DNA of 64,000 nucleotides. It comes from Candidatus Levyibacteriota bacterium (GTDB lineage Bacteria; Patescibacteriota; Microgenomatia; Levybacterales; UBA12049). The notes under the pieces were generated by a model. It worked only from the letters and a program-made list of their open reading frames with translations, was not told the origin of the DNA and ran no database searches. Shown piece by piece: positions 9,458 to 19,357 of this stretch. The translations under genes and the position numbers were made by a program. The stretch's first letter is position 1; every line of letters starts with the position of its first letter. The stretch spans positions 204,104 to 268,103 of the forward strand of contig OY970292.1 of assembly GCA_963716145.1 (NCBI GenBank). The letters are read 5' to 3'.

Positions 9458-10399
9458 TTATTTCTGCTCTAAAAACGTATTAATAAGCCGGGCCACGTCA
9501 TTTGCTTTTTCAAAAAGCACTGCGTGCCCGGCTTGCTGCAGGACAATAAGCTTTGAGTTGGGGATTAGTTTGGCTGTTTTGATAGAATTTTCGGCAGGCA
9601 GCACTTTATCTTCTTTTCCGGCAATTAAAAGAGTTGGGGATTTTATAGAGGGTAAATAAAGCGTGCGTGAGTTTTCAATTTTTGTGTTTGAAAGCGCCTG
9701 TTCCTGCGCTATCTTAGCTTGAGTACTTTCTCCCGGACCGGAAAGTAATTCTCCTCTGTTTTGAGCAGATTTCAAACGCTGCAGATAATTATTTCTAGCT
9801 TGCAAATTTACGAAAAAATATGAGACATATGTATCCTCCCAACTTCCCCCAAGGTTTTCCTGAATAGCTATGGATACCTCTTTCGATCCTTCAATCTGCT
9901 GGTCTCCGCCCAGGGCAGTGCTGATCAAAACTAACCGATTTACACGGGTTGGGTAATGCTCAGCAATCTCTTCGGCAACAAAACTGCCAAGTGACCATCC
10001 CATGATATTGGCTTTTTTTATTTTTAGAGTATCCATCAGATGTATGACGTCCGTAGCCATCTCCTGGGTTGAATTGTTTACCTGACCTGTAGATGCCCCG
10101 ACTCCGCGGTAATCGTATGCAACCACTTCATTGTGAACAGAAAGCCTGCGAAGAAGTAATGGATCCCAATGCTGCATTGTCATCCCAAATCCGGGGAGCA
10201 AGATAAGAGGGTAGCCTTTACCACGGGTGAAGTAGGCAATCTTTGCTCCTTGTAAGTTTGCGGTTTTAACCTGGGCTTTAAAAGAAAAAAAGTGATTTAT
10301 CGCAAAGCATAGGCAAAAAACCGCAAAAAGTACCGTAGTTAACAAAACGTAAACATCATAATCCTTATTCATGAAGTTGTTACGGATTGTGTTTTTCAT
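9458..10399 (-). CDS. Alpha/beta hydrolase with N-terminal membrane anchor
   Basis: DYRGVGAS, GWSLG nucleophile elbow, GKEDKV, AGH. Confidence 0.9.
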   Translation of the reverse strand: MKNTIRNNFMNKDYDVYVLLTTVLFAVFCLCFAINHFFSFKAQVKTANLQGAKIAYFTRGKGYPLILLPGFGMTMQHWDPLLLRRLSVHNEVVAYDYRGVGASTGQVNNSTQEMATDVIHLMDTLKIKKANIMGWSLGSFVAEEIAEHYPTRVNRLVLISTALGGDQQIEGSKEVSIAIQENLGGSWEDTYVSYFFVNLQARNNYLQRLKSAQNRGELLSGPGESTQAKIAQEQALSNTKIENSRTLYLPSIKSPTLLIAGKEDKVLPAENSIKTAKLIPNSKLIVLQQAGHAVLFEKANDVARLINTFLEQK

Positions 10400-10427
10400 T
10401 CGTGGTCTGCAAATGCTTGCCCAATTG

Positions 10428-10501
10428 TACCGCGTAGGGGAGTCGAACCCCTGATTCCTTGGATGAAAACCAAGTGTCCTAGGCCACTAGACGAACGCGG
10501 C
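10428..10501 (-). tRNA. tRNA-Glu(TTC)
   Basis: GCCGCGT...CTTGG-TT-TTC-AT-CCAAG...TTCGACT...ACGCGGT-A. Confidence 0.95.
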
Positions 10502-10579
10502 GTATTCTATCACATGCTTATTTTAACAAATTGACGCTTATTTGTCAGTAAGTCTTATCACCAATGATATAATCAGGTT

Positions 10580-11089
10580 ATGAAACTAATCCTCCCGTCC
10601 ATACAGTATCAGCTGGGTTATCTTCAAGCAATAGAGGAAGCAGGAGATGAAAGTGGCCCTACTGTTATTGGTCATCCAAAAGAGGGTCAATCTTTTGAAG
10701 AGTTTGTAAAAAATAAAATAGAAGAATCACTTGGCTTACATCTGCCCGAAGGCTGGGTACCGGCTACTGAATTATGGCTGATAGATGATACGGAATTTAT
10801 TGGTGCGGTCAACATCCGGCATAGACTAACAGCGCACCTGCTCCATGTGGGTGGTCATATCGGCTACTGGATCCGGCCAACACAGCGAAATAAGGGTTAT
10901 GGAAAACAAATTCTTAAGCTGGCGTTAATTGAGACAAAAAAGCTAGGTATAAATCGGGCACTTGTAACTTGCGATGATACCAATCAGGGTTCACGCAAAA
11001 TAATTGAGGCCAATGGAGGAATCCTGGAAAGTATTGTTGATAACGGCCCTGACAATCCTAAAAAAAGAAGATATTGGATAGATATTTAG
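10580..11089 (+). CDS. GNAT acetyltransferase
   Basis: GGHIGYWIRPTQRNKGYG, N..SRKIIEANGG, RRYWI. Confidence 0.9.
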   Translation: MKLILPSIQYQLGYLQAIEEAGDESGPTVIGHPKEGQSFEEFVKNKIEESLGLHLPEGWVPATELWLIDDTEFIGAVNIRHRLTAHLLHVGGHIGYWIRPTQRNKGYGKQILKLALIETKKLGINRALVTCDDTNQGSRKIIEANGGILESIVDNGPDNPKKRRYWIDI

Positions 11090-11121
11090 TAATTATACAG
11101 TATAAGTTTATCCTTAAAATA

Positions 11122-13412
11122 TTAACTCAGCCCAATAAATCTTTTAACTCTTTCTTTAAATGCCCTAACAAGATCTCTTACCCGCTCCGTCAGATTGTGC
11201 CAGTTGTCTTTCATTTTCTGGATAAATGTTTTTGCATCCTCAATAGCAGCGGAAGAATTGTCTTTTGCAACTTCAGACTCAATGCTCTCAGTTTGGTCCG
11301 TAACGTGCTTAACTTCCTCTGTATCCCGTGCTGTTTCTGCGCTTGTAGGTTGAGTGGCAATCTCCGGTTTTTTCTCAACTTCTTTTACAATCGGTTTCTC
11401 AGCTTGCAGTTCCTTTAGGTAGGGAAACAATTCATATATTGTTTCCTGATCAACCATTTGATTCAGCTCAGCAACATTATTTTTATCCCAATCGCTATGG
11501 ACGATTTTTCCCGAAACTATTGACTTGGGACGTTTTTCAGCCAAGCCCGAATCAAGGCTGATTCTAATTCCGGATTTTCTACCGTTTTCCAAATGGTAAG
11601 TCCCGTTCGTATCTCGTATCAAAAGCTTGTCTATAAGCCCTGCTAGCATACTGTTTTGTATATCAGCACTCTGATTTCCCTCTCCTGATAATTTGACTTC
11701 AGGATATAGATTTCCTCTGATTTTTACCAAGTCACGCCTCATAGCAGCTGCTCCCATGAGGACAGACACATTTATCCCGGAATTTTCCATCTCTGTGAAT
11801 TTCTCATTTTTTTGTGTTCCGGAAAGGTTATTATCATAGTGTACTTTTACAAATTGATTCCAAATCTCAAGTATTGCGAGAAAATCTGATTCCGGATGAG
11901 TAAATTTATCTTTAGCGGCGTCTCTCTTGAAAAGAGATCTGTCGGAGTTCATAATACCGATCAGTATCGCGACAGCGTCATCGCAGCCTCTTTTTTCAGC
12001 TTCATAAAGCATACGGGCAAAATGAGGTGCGGTTTCCCGGTCAGCCATATATCTTCCAATGTCTGTGAGCTTTTCATTTTTGTCCAGCGCGCCCAATTTC
12101 TGAAGCCTCTGGAATGCAGCGTCTATGTGAGACGGAATTTTATCTCCCTCGAATTCAAAATTTCGTATATCTGAATATCCTGCCGCAATCAATGCCAAAA
12201 CGTCATTTGTCAGGTCGGAGTCTTCTCTGTCTTCAGGAGGGAATTCAGCTTTATTGTTGAGGTCAGCTTCAGTAAATAAGAAATGAGCAGTTCCTTTTCC
12301 AGTTCTTCCTGTTCGTTTGGATTGCTGTTCGGCGCTATCTTTTGAGATTCTAACTGTCTTCCAGTGCTCAATTCCGGTTAACGGATCAATAGTTCTGATT
12401 TTTCTCCATCCGGAAACAATTACAGTGTCGCATTTTGGATCAATACCTTCTTCAAGCGCGTTTGTCGCGGCGATAATTTTTGTCTTATCAGTTGTTTTAT
12501 TTATTCTCTCAAGCGTGTCTGTGTCTTTTCCCATGACTCTGATAATTTCAAGATCATCAGCGTTTATTACTGTAGATGCCTTAAGACGCTCGATAAATTT
12601 ATCAAGTTCGCTTCCACCTGGTAAGAAGGTAAGCATATTCCCTTTTTTTCCTTCCGTTATTAATTCTTCGACCAATTTAGCGGCATCTTCAGGAGCATTT
12701 TTTGCGGAAGAGGATGTGTGCCACTCTGGAGTAAGATCATATTTTCTTCCTTCTATTTTTAATTCACCCATCCCGGGAAACATGCTGTGAAGGCGTTCGC
12801 GAGCTACATCGGCAGTACCGGTTGCGAAAATAATTACTAAGTCAGGATTTAGTTCCTGTGCCCTTTTAAGAAGGGGTTTGAGTATTCCCATGTAGCGGTG
12901 AGCTTCATCAACAATCACACCACTCCAGCCTTCAAGCGAGGGATTTGCGATAAGTCTATTGATCAGTGTCTGCTCAACCGCAAAATCAATTCTAGCAGTG
13001 GCAGGCGCCTTATTGTCTACGTTACTATAGCCCACTACATCATCTCCAAGCCGATCTTTGAGAGTCATTTCTTTAGGGTTTTGTGGTTTCCCTGCTTCTC
13101 GTGGTCCATTACTTCCCAATTGCTTTACCAAATTTTTTCGCGATTCAGAAACGATAATTCTCGCATTGGGATTAGTTTCCATCAGCAAATCCAATAACGC
13201 TACGGGTAATCCAAGAGACTTACCTGCTCCAGGCTCAGCATTTATCAAATTTACTTTATTTGTTCTGATATTTTTTTGAACAGAGTCAAGTTTTTGAATA
13301 ACAGGAAGCCCGCTAAGTGCCTCTAGGGCTTCTCCTATGTTTATTTTTAATTGTTCGGGAGTGGTTCCCGCTTCAGGAGCTCGTGCCCCCCCTCCACAGA
13401 TGTTAATGACAT
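11122..13412 (-). CDS. Divergent HrpA/HrpB-like DEAH-box helicase, frameshifted in a G7 run near the start
   Basis: LPV..AEPGAGKS, DEAH, FLPG, ATNALEEGID, QQSKRTGRTG, HA2-like LGALD..LTDIG. The frame is open upstream to about 13390; ATG 13412 joins it if the G run were G8. Confidence 0.8.
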
Positions 13413-13526
13413 ACTCAGATCATAGCATATTCGTACTTTATTTCGGTGGGTTTTGAGGTAATTTAAAAATTAAGGAAATAATAAAACTGAAGAGAATCCG
13501 AAGAAGACTGGGACCTTATTCCTAAA

Positions 13527-13567
13527 AATTGATGCGGAAATGCTTAGAGCAACTTTCCGCATCAATT
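13527..13567 (-). terminator. Intrinsic terminator of the DUF378 gene
   Basis: 14-bp stem AATTGATGCGGAAA/TTTCCGCATCAATT with a T-run on the minus strand. Confidence 0.7.
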
Positions 13568-13581
13568 AAAATATTGCGAAA

Positions 13582-13791
13582 TTATTTACCTCCGCAGACT
13601 TTGCAATCCCCCTTGTGGGTAACTGCAAGCCAGACAGCTGAAACTCCGACCAGAATGTAAACAATTTGTGTTAGTCCTGAGACAGAAGCAAAAAGGGATT
13701 CGACTAAATTGTATTGAAACAATCCGACCAAACCCCAGTTAAGTCCTCCAACAACAAGCAATATAAATGCAACCATGTGTAATGTCTTCAT
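13582..13791 (-). CDS. DUF378-family small membrane protein
   Basis: LLVVGGLNWGLVGLF.YNLV, IVYILVGVSA. Confidence 0.9.
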   Translation of the reverse strand: MKTLHMVAFILLVVGGLNWGLVGLFQYNLVESLFASVSGLTQIVYILVGVSAVWLAVTHKGDCKVCGGK

Positions 13792-13807
13792 CAATATCAC
13801 CCCCTTT

Positions 13808-13835
13808 GTCCGCCGAAGCTTTATGCGTAGGCGGA
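13808..13835 (-). repeat. REP-like hairpin abutting an SD sequence (family C, copy 2)
   Basis: TCCGCCTACGCATAAAGCTTCGGCGGAC immediately followed by AAAGGGGGTGATA. Confidence 0.7.
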
Positions 13836-13896
13836 TTTGTATCTATCTCAAGTGAAGCACCAAAAAAATGCGAAGTCAATATATCAAAATTGGAAG

Positions 13897-14316
13897 TTAT
13901 TTTTTGCTTGAGGTATCAGTGATTTTATTATTTCTTTCGGAAAGTAAAGCAAAGCAGCCTGCTATTAATACCAAATTTTTAAGTACTGATTCACCAGCCG
14001 CAGATAAGACCGGAAATCTCGGATCAAATCCTTGAGTTATTAATACCAGTATAGTAATCAGCAACAAGCTTATTGCTGCAACGATTGACGCGATTCTATC
14101 AAGTTTGTTACTAAGAAAGGAAGCGCCTAAAAGAATTTCGATAAAAGAAACCAGGAAGCTAAGAAACTGAGATTGGCCAAGTGCTGTTGGCAGAGAATTT
14201 TGGAGAATAATTAAGCTAGGACTTACGGCAAACAATTTTAAAACCCCAAACCACAAAAAAACAATGCCCAAAGACAGGCGGAGTAATAGCATTGACCGTT
14301 TATGAAAAAACTCCAT
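13897..14316 (-). CDS. DoxX-family membrane protein
   Basis: LLRLSLGIVFLWFGVLK, IEILLG, VLKNLVL. Confidence 0.85.
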   Translation of the reverse strand: MEFFHKRSMLLLRLSLGIVFLWFGVLKLFAVSPSLIILQNSLPTALGQSQFLSFLVSFIEILLGASFLSNKLDRIASIVAAISLLLITILVLITQGFDPRFPVLSAAGESVLKNLVLIAGCFALLSERNNKITDTSSKK

Positions 14317-14390
14317 ATTTGTATTATACACAAAATAATTATCTATTATAAGTAATTGTAAAACGCAGCATTTCGTCGTATAATCAGTAG

Positions 14391-14861
14391 GTGAGTAAGA
14401 ATTTTTTAATTGCAGTAGTTGTAGGGATTGTATTTTTGGCAGTAGTTATCTTCTTTGCTTTTGGTTTAAATGGAAAACCTTCAGAAACATCTCCGATTGA
14501 AACATTCACGCAAACAACCGATACAAAAATTCCTGAAGATTTAAAAATTGAAGATACAAAGGTGGGAACCGGTTCAGCGGTAAAATCCGGTGACAATATT
14601 GTGATAAATTATCTAGGCACACTTTCTGATGGAACCAAATTCGATAGTTCATATGATAGGGGTACACCATTTGAGACGCAGATCGGAGTTGGGCAAGTTA
14701 TAAAAGGTTGGGATCTTGGAGTAATTGGAATGAAAGTCGGTGGTAAAAGAAAACTGACAATCCCGCCGGAATTAGGTTATGGTTCCCAGGCCACTGGTAG
14801 TATTCCTGCAAACTCAATCCTTATCTTCGAAGTTGAGTTGATGGAGATAAATTCAAAATAG
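14391..14861 (+). CDS. Membrane-anchored FKBP-type peptidyl-prolyl isomerase
   Basis: N-terminal TM, GTKFDSSYDRG, VIKGWD, IPPELGYG, LIFEVEL. Confidence 0.95.
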   Translation: MSKNFLIAVVVGIVFLAVVIFFAFGLNGKPSETSPIETFTQTTDTKIPEDLKIEDTKVGTGSAVKSGDNIVINYLGTLSDGTKFDSSYDRGTPFETQIGVGQVIKGWDLGVIGMKVGGKRKLTIPPELGYGSQATGSIPANSILIFEVELMEINSK

Positions 14862-14874
14862 GGGGTGATTGATT

Positions 14875-15091
14875 ATGGATGAAAATACAACAATTACAAC
14901 AACTAAAAAAACCTACGTCTGCAATCTGCTCCTGCGGAGCTGTTGTAAGTGAAGAGGAGTACAATAACGGACTTACAGTCTGCGGTGCGGAGGTTTGCAC
15001 TATGAAGGGACAACCTTTTGTTGAAAAGGTAACAGAAACAGTGGTAGTGGATAAAGCCAATAACGACGAGGACGTTGTCATAAATAATTAG
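14875..15091 (+). CDS. Small Cys-rich hypothetical protein, possibly frameshifted
   Basis: SD GGGGGTGA fits ATG 14875 (MDENTTITTTKKTYVC). The Cys-rich body SCGAVVSEEEY..TVCGAEVC is in the 14879 frame. Confidence 0.5.
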
Positions 15092-16061
15092 TTAGAATTT
15101 AGAGTTTTTTTGATAGTTTTGGAGAGTAGATTTTAATTCCTCAATTTTTTCTGTTTTCATTAACTTGTCTCTGAAGGCTCCGGATTCCGGGAAATTACTT
15201 ATATATGTCTTGGCAAATTTTTTTAGACTGGCAAAATTTCGGTTTCCCCTCCCACTGTTGTTCAAAAAGATCAATATGGTGAAGAAAGAGATTTATCCGT
15301 TGATCAATGGTTATTTTTTCCATAGTAACTTTTTTATTAAATAGCCAAGGGTTTGCAAATATTCCGGTTCCTATCATGTAGCCATCAGCTCCAAAATCTT
15401 TATATTTCTTATTCACTTCCTCAAGTGAATTTATATCTCCATTACCGATAACTATTGTTTTGGACGATATCTTGTCGCGAAGTTTAATAATTTTTGGCAT
15501 TAATTCCCAATGCGCGGGGACTTTGGACATCTCAGAAACCGTACGCAGATGAATACTAAGAGCTGCAAGATTTTGAGTAAGAAGTAAGCCAATCCATTCA
15601 TCCAGCAGTATTGAATTAAGTCCTATTCTGGTCTTAACGCTAACGGGCAAGTTACCCGCACCATTTATAGTAGCTTGTATGATTTCCAGAGCTAAAGCAG
15701 GTGTTTTGATAAGCCCTCCGCAGGCTCCATGTTTGGTAACTGCCCTCACGGGGCAACCCATATTGATATCTATTCCGGCAAAATCCGATTTGCTTAACTC
15801 TTTTGCAACTTTATAAAACTCTTTGGGATCAGTGCCCCAAATCTGAGCGACAACCGGTAATTGGTTCTTGTTGGTGCGCAAACTCTCCGCTACTCTTTCC
15901 CGTCCCGTAGACAGAAGGCCAGCTATAGATGTAAATTCGGTAAAAAATACATCAGGGCGTCCTATCTCTGATATTATTTGGCGGAAAACCACATCGGTAA
16001 CCCCTTCCATAGGTGCAAGTACAGTAAAAGGATGCGGCAAATCCTGCCAGAATGATTTCAT
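15092..16061 (-). CDS. dus: tRNA-dihydrouridine synthase, frameshifted near 15250
   Basis: LAPMEGVTD, DINMGCP, SVKTRIG, HLRT, GNGDI, NPWLF. The C-terminal helical domain lies in ORF 15092..15274. Confidence 0.9.
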
Positions 16062-16085
16062 AGTGGTTATTATACAGTACCGAGG

Positions 16086-16421
16086 CTATTTTATTTTTAG
16101 AAGTTCGACTTCAAATATAAGCGTTGCGTCACCGGGGATGTCGGGATCAACTCCGTAACGCCCGTAAGCGAGTTCCGGCGGGATTGTCAGTTTTCTTTTA
16201 CCACCGACTTTCATTCCCGGAATTCCCATATCCCAACCTTTAATCACATATCCGGCTCCGATACGTACCTCAAACGGGACATCGCGGTCATATGAGCTGT
16301 CAAATTTTGTGCCGTCCATCAACCAGCCGGTATAATGCATGGACACAAGATCATTATCTTTTACTCCTTCTCCTTTGCCCACCACCAGATCCTCAATCTT
16401 CAAGCTATTATCTTTTCCCAT
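16086..16421 (-). CDS. FKBP-type peptidyl-prolyl isomerase
   Basis: HYTGWL.DGTKFDSS, VIKGWD, IPPELAYG. Confidence 0.95.
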   Translation of the reverse strand: MGKDNSLKIEDLVVGKGEGVKDNDLVSMHYTGWLMDGTKFDSSYDRDVPFEVRIGAGYVIKGWDMGIPGMKVGGKRKLTIPPELAYGRYGVDPDIPGDATLIFEVELLKIK

Positions 16422-16447
16422 TGTAATAATTATATGGTATTAAATGT

Positions 16448-16534
16448 GTAAAGCATAGTAAGAGTATTGTAAGCGGTAGTCGAGTGTCTGACTTTTATTA
16501 CACTATTTTTACTTTAGATTTACCCCGTTGTTAC
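16448..16534. promoter_or_regulatory. Phased GTAA/TTAC arrays, putative regulator binding sites
   Basis: GTAA at 16448, 16458, 16469 and TTAC at 16498, 16509, 16520, 16531, between divergent genes. Confidence 0.45.
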
Positions 16535-16582
16535 TTCAGGCAGTTATAGTTTAAAAAATGTTAATGAAAGGGGGTGAGATAC

Positions 16583-17161
16583 ATGGGAAAAATGGTATTT
16601 GGAGTATTTAATGATAGAAGCAATGCGGAAGCAGCAATAGGCGAACTCGAAACGGAAGGATTTAATCCCAAAGATGTTTCGATCGTTGTGCAAAGTACGC
16701 AAGACGCTGAAGCAATTGCAAACAATACCGGAGCAACTGTTGCAGGCGGAACTGTTTCCGGCGCTACAACAGGAGCTGTTGTAGGAGGACTGGCAGGGCT
16801 TCTAATCGGAATTGGAGCGATAGCCGTTCCGGGCCTAGGAGCATTATTGATAGGAGGCCCTCTAGCTGTTGCTTTAGGATTAAGCGGCACAGCAGCTGCG
16901 ACAGTAACAGGCGCGGCAACCGGTGCTTTGGCAGGCGGATTGATTGGTGCGTTAGTCGGCATTGGTGTTCCTGAAGAGGATGCACGAATTTACGAGGACA
17001 ACATAAAAAGAGGAGCAATTCTTGTTGCAGTACCCGCTATGGCGGGCGAACATCGGGAAGCCAGCGCTGTATTAAGAGATAATGGGGCAGAGCAAGTAAA
17101 ATCCGTGGACATGAGAGATGCTCATGCTAATAACGATATGCATCATACAGCACAAATGTAA
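16583..17161 (+). CDS. General stress protein (YflT/17M-like) with glycine-zipper helices
   Basis: FGVF....AEAAI.EL..GF...DVSIV, IPGLG-like GP.A..L, GVPEEDARIYE..IKRGAILVAV; SD GAAAGGGGGTGA. Confidence 0.8.
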   Translation: MGKMVFGVFNDRSNAEAAIGELETEGFNPKDVSIVVQSTQDAEAIANNTGATVAGGTVSGATTGAVVGGLAGLLIGIGAIAVPGLGALLIGGPLAVALGLSGTAAATVTGAATGALAGGLIGALVGIGVPEEDARIYEDNIKRGAILVAVPAMAGEHREASAVLRDNGAEQVKSVDMRDAHANNDMHHTAQM

Positions 17162-17188
17162 TATGGATGTGGGTGTGGTGCATGAAAA

Positions 17189-17226
17189 AATCCAGGTGAG
17201 CCACCTCAGGTGTGCTCATCTGGATT
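17189..17226 (-). terminator. Long hairpin between convergent genes
   Basis: AATCCAGGTGAGC...GCTCATCTGGATT with a T6 run on the minus strand. Confidence 0.6.
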
Positions 17227-17247
17227 GGCTTGCGGGATTTACAAGAT

Positions 17248-18258
17248 TTATAAATCGTCGTGTATGTATCCGGTAATCGCTGGAAGACTTGCCGCGAAAG
17301 GAAGAGCCAAAAATGCCCCTAATACTCCAAAAAGCGCGCTGCCCAGTAAAACTGCCAGCAATCCAAGAGCAGGGGAGAGTTTCAAGGCTTTATTGTAAAT
17401 GGCAGGCGAAATTATCGCCCCTTCCAGCTGTTGATAGACCAGTATTAAGGCCAACGCAAGAAAGCCGGTGAAAGGGGATATGGAAAATGCTATGATGATC
17501 GCTGGAATTGCTCCAATTGTAGATCCGACCAAAGGCAGTAAATCCATAATGGCTATAAAAATTGCAAGCGCCATGGCGAATGGAAGTTTCAAAAAAACAA
17601 ATCCTATGAACATAATTATTCCGCAAATAAGAGAAATTGATAAATTACCTCTGATGTATTGACCATTTACTTCAGCGAGGTCACTTAATAGGTGTTTGAT
17701 TTTGACCCGTTTTCCTGTTGGAAATAAGGAAATAAGTATGTGTGTTAAACGGACAGAGTCAACAATAAGATAAAATGTTAGAAAGAAAACAATAAATATG
17801 GAAGTTGCAATATTGGTAATTAATCCGGTTGATTGTAAGATGTATTTTCCTCCGCTTTCCGCATACTGATTAAGATCAACATTCCGAAAAGTTGCCGGTA
17901 AAATGGTAGAGTTATTAACCAGGTTGTTAACTGTTTTTAGTAAATTCGGAAACTGATCTATAAAACTAGGTATGACTGTCGCTCCAATAAGGATAAAAGG
18001 CAAAAGTAAAATAAACATGGCAAGAAAAGCAGCAATAACTAGCGGAATTTTTTGGTTCATTCTGGCAACAACCGGATGAAGGGCGGTGGCTAGCATTGTT
18101 GAGATCAAAATAATAACCAAAATTCCGGATGCCTTCCAGACAAAATATACGGCAAGCACGACGATTAATACGCGTATAATTGCACTAAAGCTCAAAGGAT
18201 GTTCTTGGAATTTAACCACCATCAAGTGAATTATATGCATTGTGCTGGACGTTTGCAA
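17248..18258 (-). CDS. AI-2E (PerM) family transporter
   Basis: YIRGNL, DLLPLVG, YQQLEGAIISP, FGVLGAFLALP. Exact start uncertain. Confidence 0.85.
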   Translation of the reverse strand: MQTSSTMHIIHLMVVKFQEHPLSFSAIIRVLIVVLAVYFVWKASGILVIILISTMLATALHPVVARMNQKIPLVIAAFLAMFILLLPFILIGATVIPSFIDQFPNLLKTVNNLVNNSTILPATFRNVDLNQYAESGGKYILQSTGLITNIATSIFIVFFLTFYLIVDSVRLTHILISLFPTGKRVKIKHLLSDLAEVNGQYIRGNLSISLICGIIMFIGFVFLKLPFAMALAIFIAIMDLLPLVGSTIGAIPAIIIAFSISPFTGFLALALILVYQQLEGAIISPAIYNKALKLSPALGLLAVLLGSALFGVLGAFLALPFAASLPAITGYIHDDL

Positions 18259-18302
18259 ATCCTAATTTGCATCGCAGGTTGTTCCTCATTATACTTATCC
18301 TG

Positions 18303-19313
18303 ATGAGACACAAGTACAAAATAGCCATTCTTGGTGGGACCTTTGATAGATTACATTCAGGACATAAAAAATTACTGGATACTGGATTTAAGTCATCCGA
18401 AAAAGTTGCGGTAGGAATCGCAACATCTGAGCTCTATAAAGGTAAATGGGGATCGCATGCTATTGAAGACTATCAAGCCAGAAAGAAAAGTGTTGAAGCG
18501 TATCTTAGGTCGCAAAATTTTCTAAGTCGTGCTGAAATTATACCGATAAGCGATATTTACGGTAATAGTTTAAAGCGGGAAGACATTGACGTAATTTTTG
18601 CAACAGAAGGCAATCTTGAGAACGTTGAAAAAATTAATGCCGGGAGAGAGAGAATAGGGTTTAAGCCATTAAAAGTGGAAATAGTTCCGTATGTGCTAGG
18701 AGATGATTCAGAGATCGTAACATCGTCCCGCATCAGATTCGGAGAAATTGACAGAGAAGGAAATTCCTACTTGAAGCAATTTACAAATCAAAAAAAATAT
18801 ATTTTGCCTGAGGAATTGAGAGTTCGGCTCAAAAAACCAATAGGAAAGGTCGTAAGAAGTATAAAGAATATTGAAAAAAGTCTGGACAGACGGAATATGG
18901 TTATTGCAGTAGGTGATATAGCCGCAATTAATTTATTTGAACATGAGTTACAAGCCGATATCAGCGTCATTGACCACAAAACGAAAAGACATGATATTGA
19001 TCCTGAAAAGAAAAAAATATTATCTAAACTGCAAAAGTCTTCGGAAGTTTTAGTTGTTGATAATCAAGCAGGAGCGATTGAAAGACGCGCTGTAGGTGTA
19101 ATAAATAAAGCTTTGAAAATGTTTCAGCAGACATCTAAAAAACAAGTAGTCATAATTAATGGTGAGGAAGACCTGATGACAATTCCGGCGATTCTTTTGT
19201 CCCCGCTTGAAAGCATGGTTCTGTACGGGCAGCCTGATAAAGGAGTTGCGGTGGTAAAGGTTACTGAGAAAAAGAAAAAAGAAATAAAAGATCTGTTTGC
19301 TAAGTTCAGCTGA
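18303..19313 (+). CDS. Archaeal-type phosphopantetheine adenylyltransferase fused to DUF359 GTP-dependent dephospho-CoA kinase
   Basis: N-domain GGTFDRLHSGH and TSSRIR.GEIDREG; C-domain LKKPIG, AVGD, VIDHKTKR, GEEDL, VLYGQP.KG. Confidence 0.85.
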   Translation: MRHKYKIAILGGTFDRLHSGHKKLLDTGFKSSEKVAVGIATSELYKGKWGSHAIEDYQARKKSVEAYLRSQNFLSRAEIIPISDIYGNSLKREDIDVIFATEGNLENVEKINAGRERIGFKPLKVEIVPYVLGDDSEIVTSSRIRFGEIDREGNSYLKQFTNQKKYILPEELRVRLKKPIGKVVRSIKNIEKSLDRRNMVIAVGDIAAINLFEHELQADISVIDHKTKRHDIDPEKKKILSKLQKSSEVLVVDNQAGAIERRAVGVINKALKMFQQTSKKQVVIINGEEDLMTIPAILLSPLESMVLYGQPDKGVAVVKVTEKKKKEIKDLFAKFS

Positions 19314-19357
19314 TTGCCAAAGTAGAAATTTTCCACTATAATAATTGATCAGCAAAT

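Noticed and set aside
14391-16421. Two similar FKBP genes as a DGR template/variable pair
   Set aside because: Both are intact paralogues, differences are not adenine-specific, and there is no reverse transcriptase.
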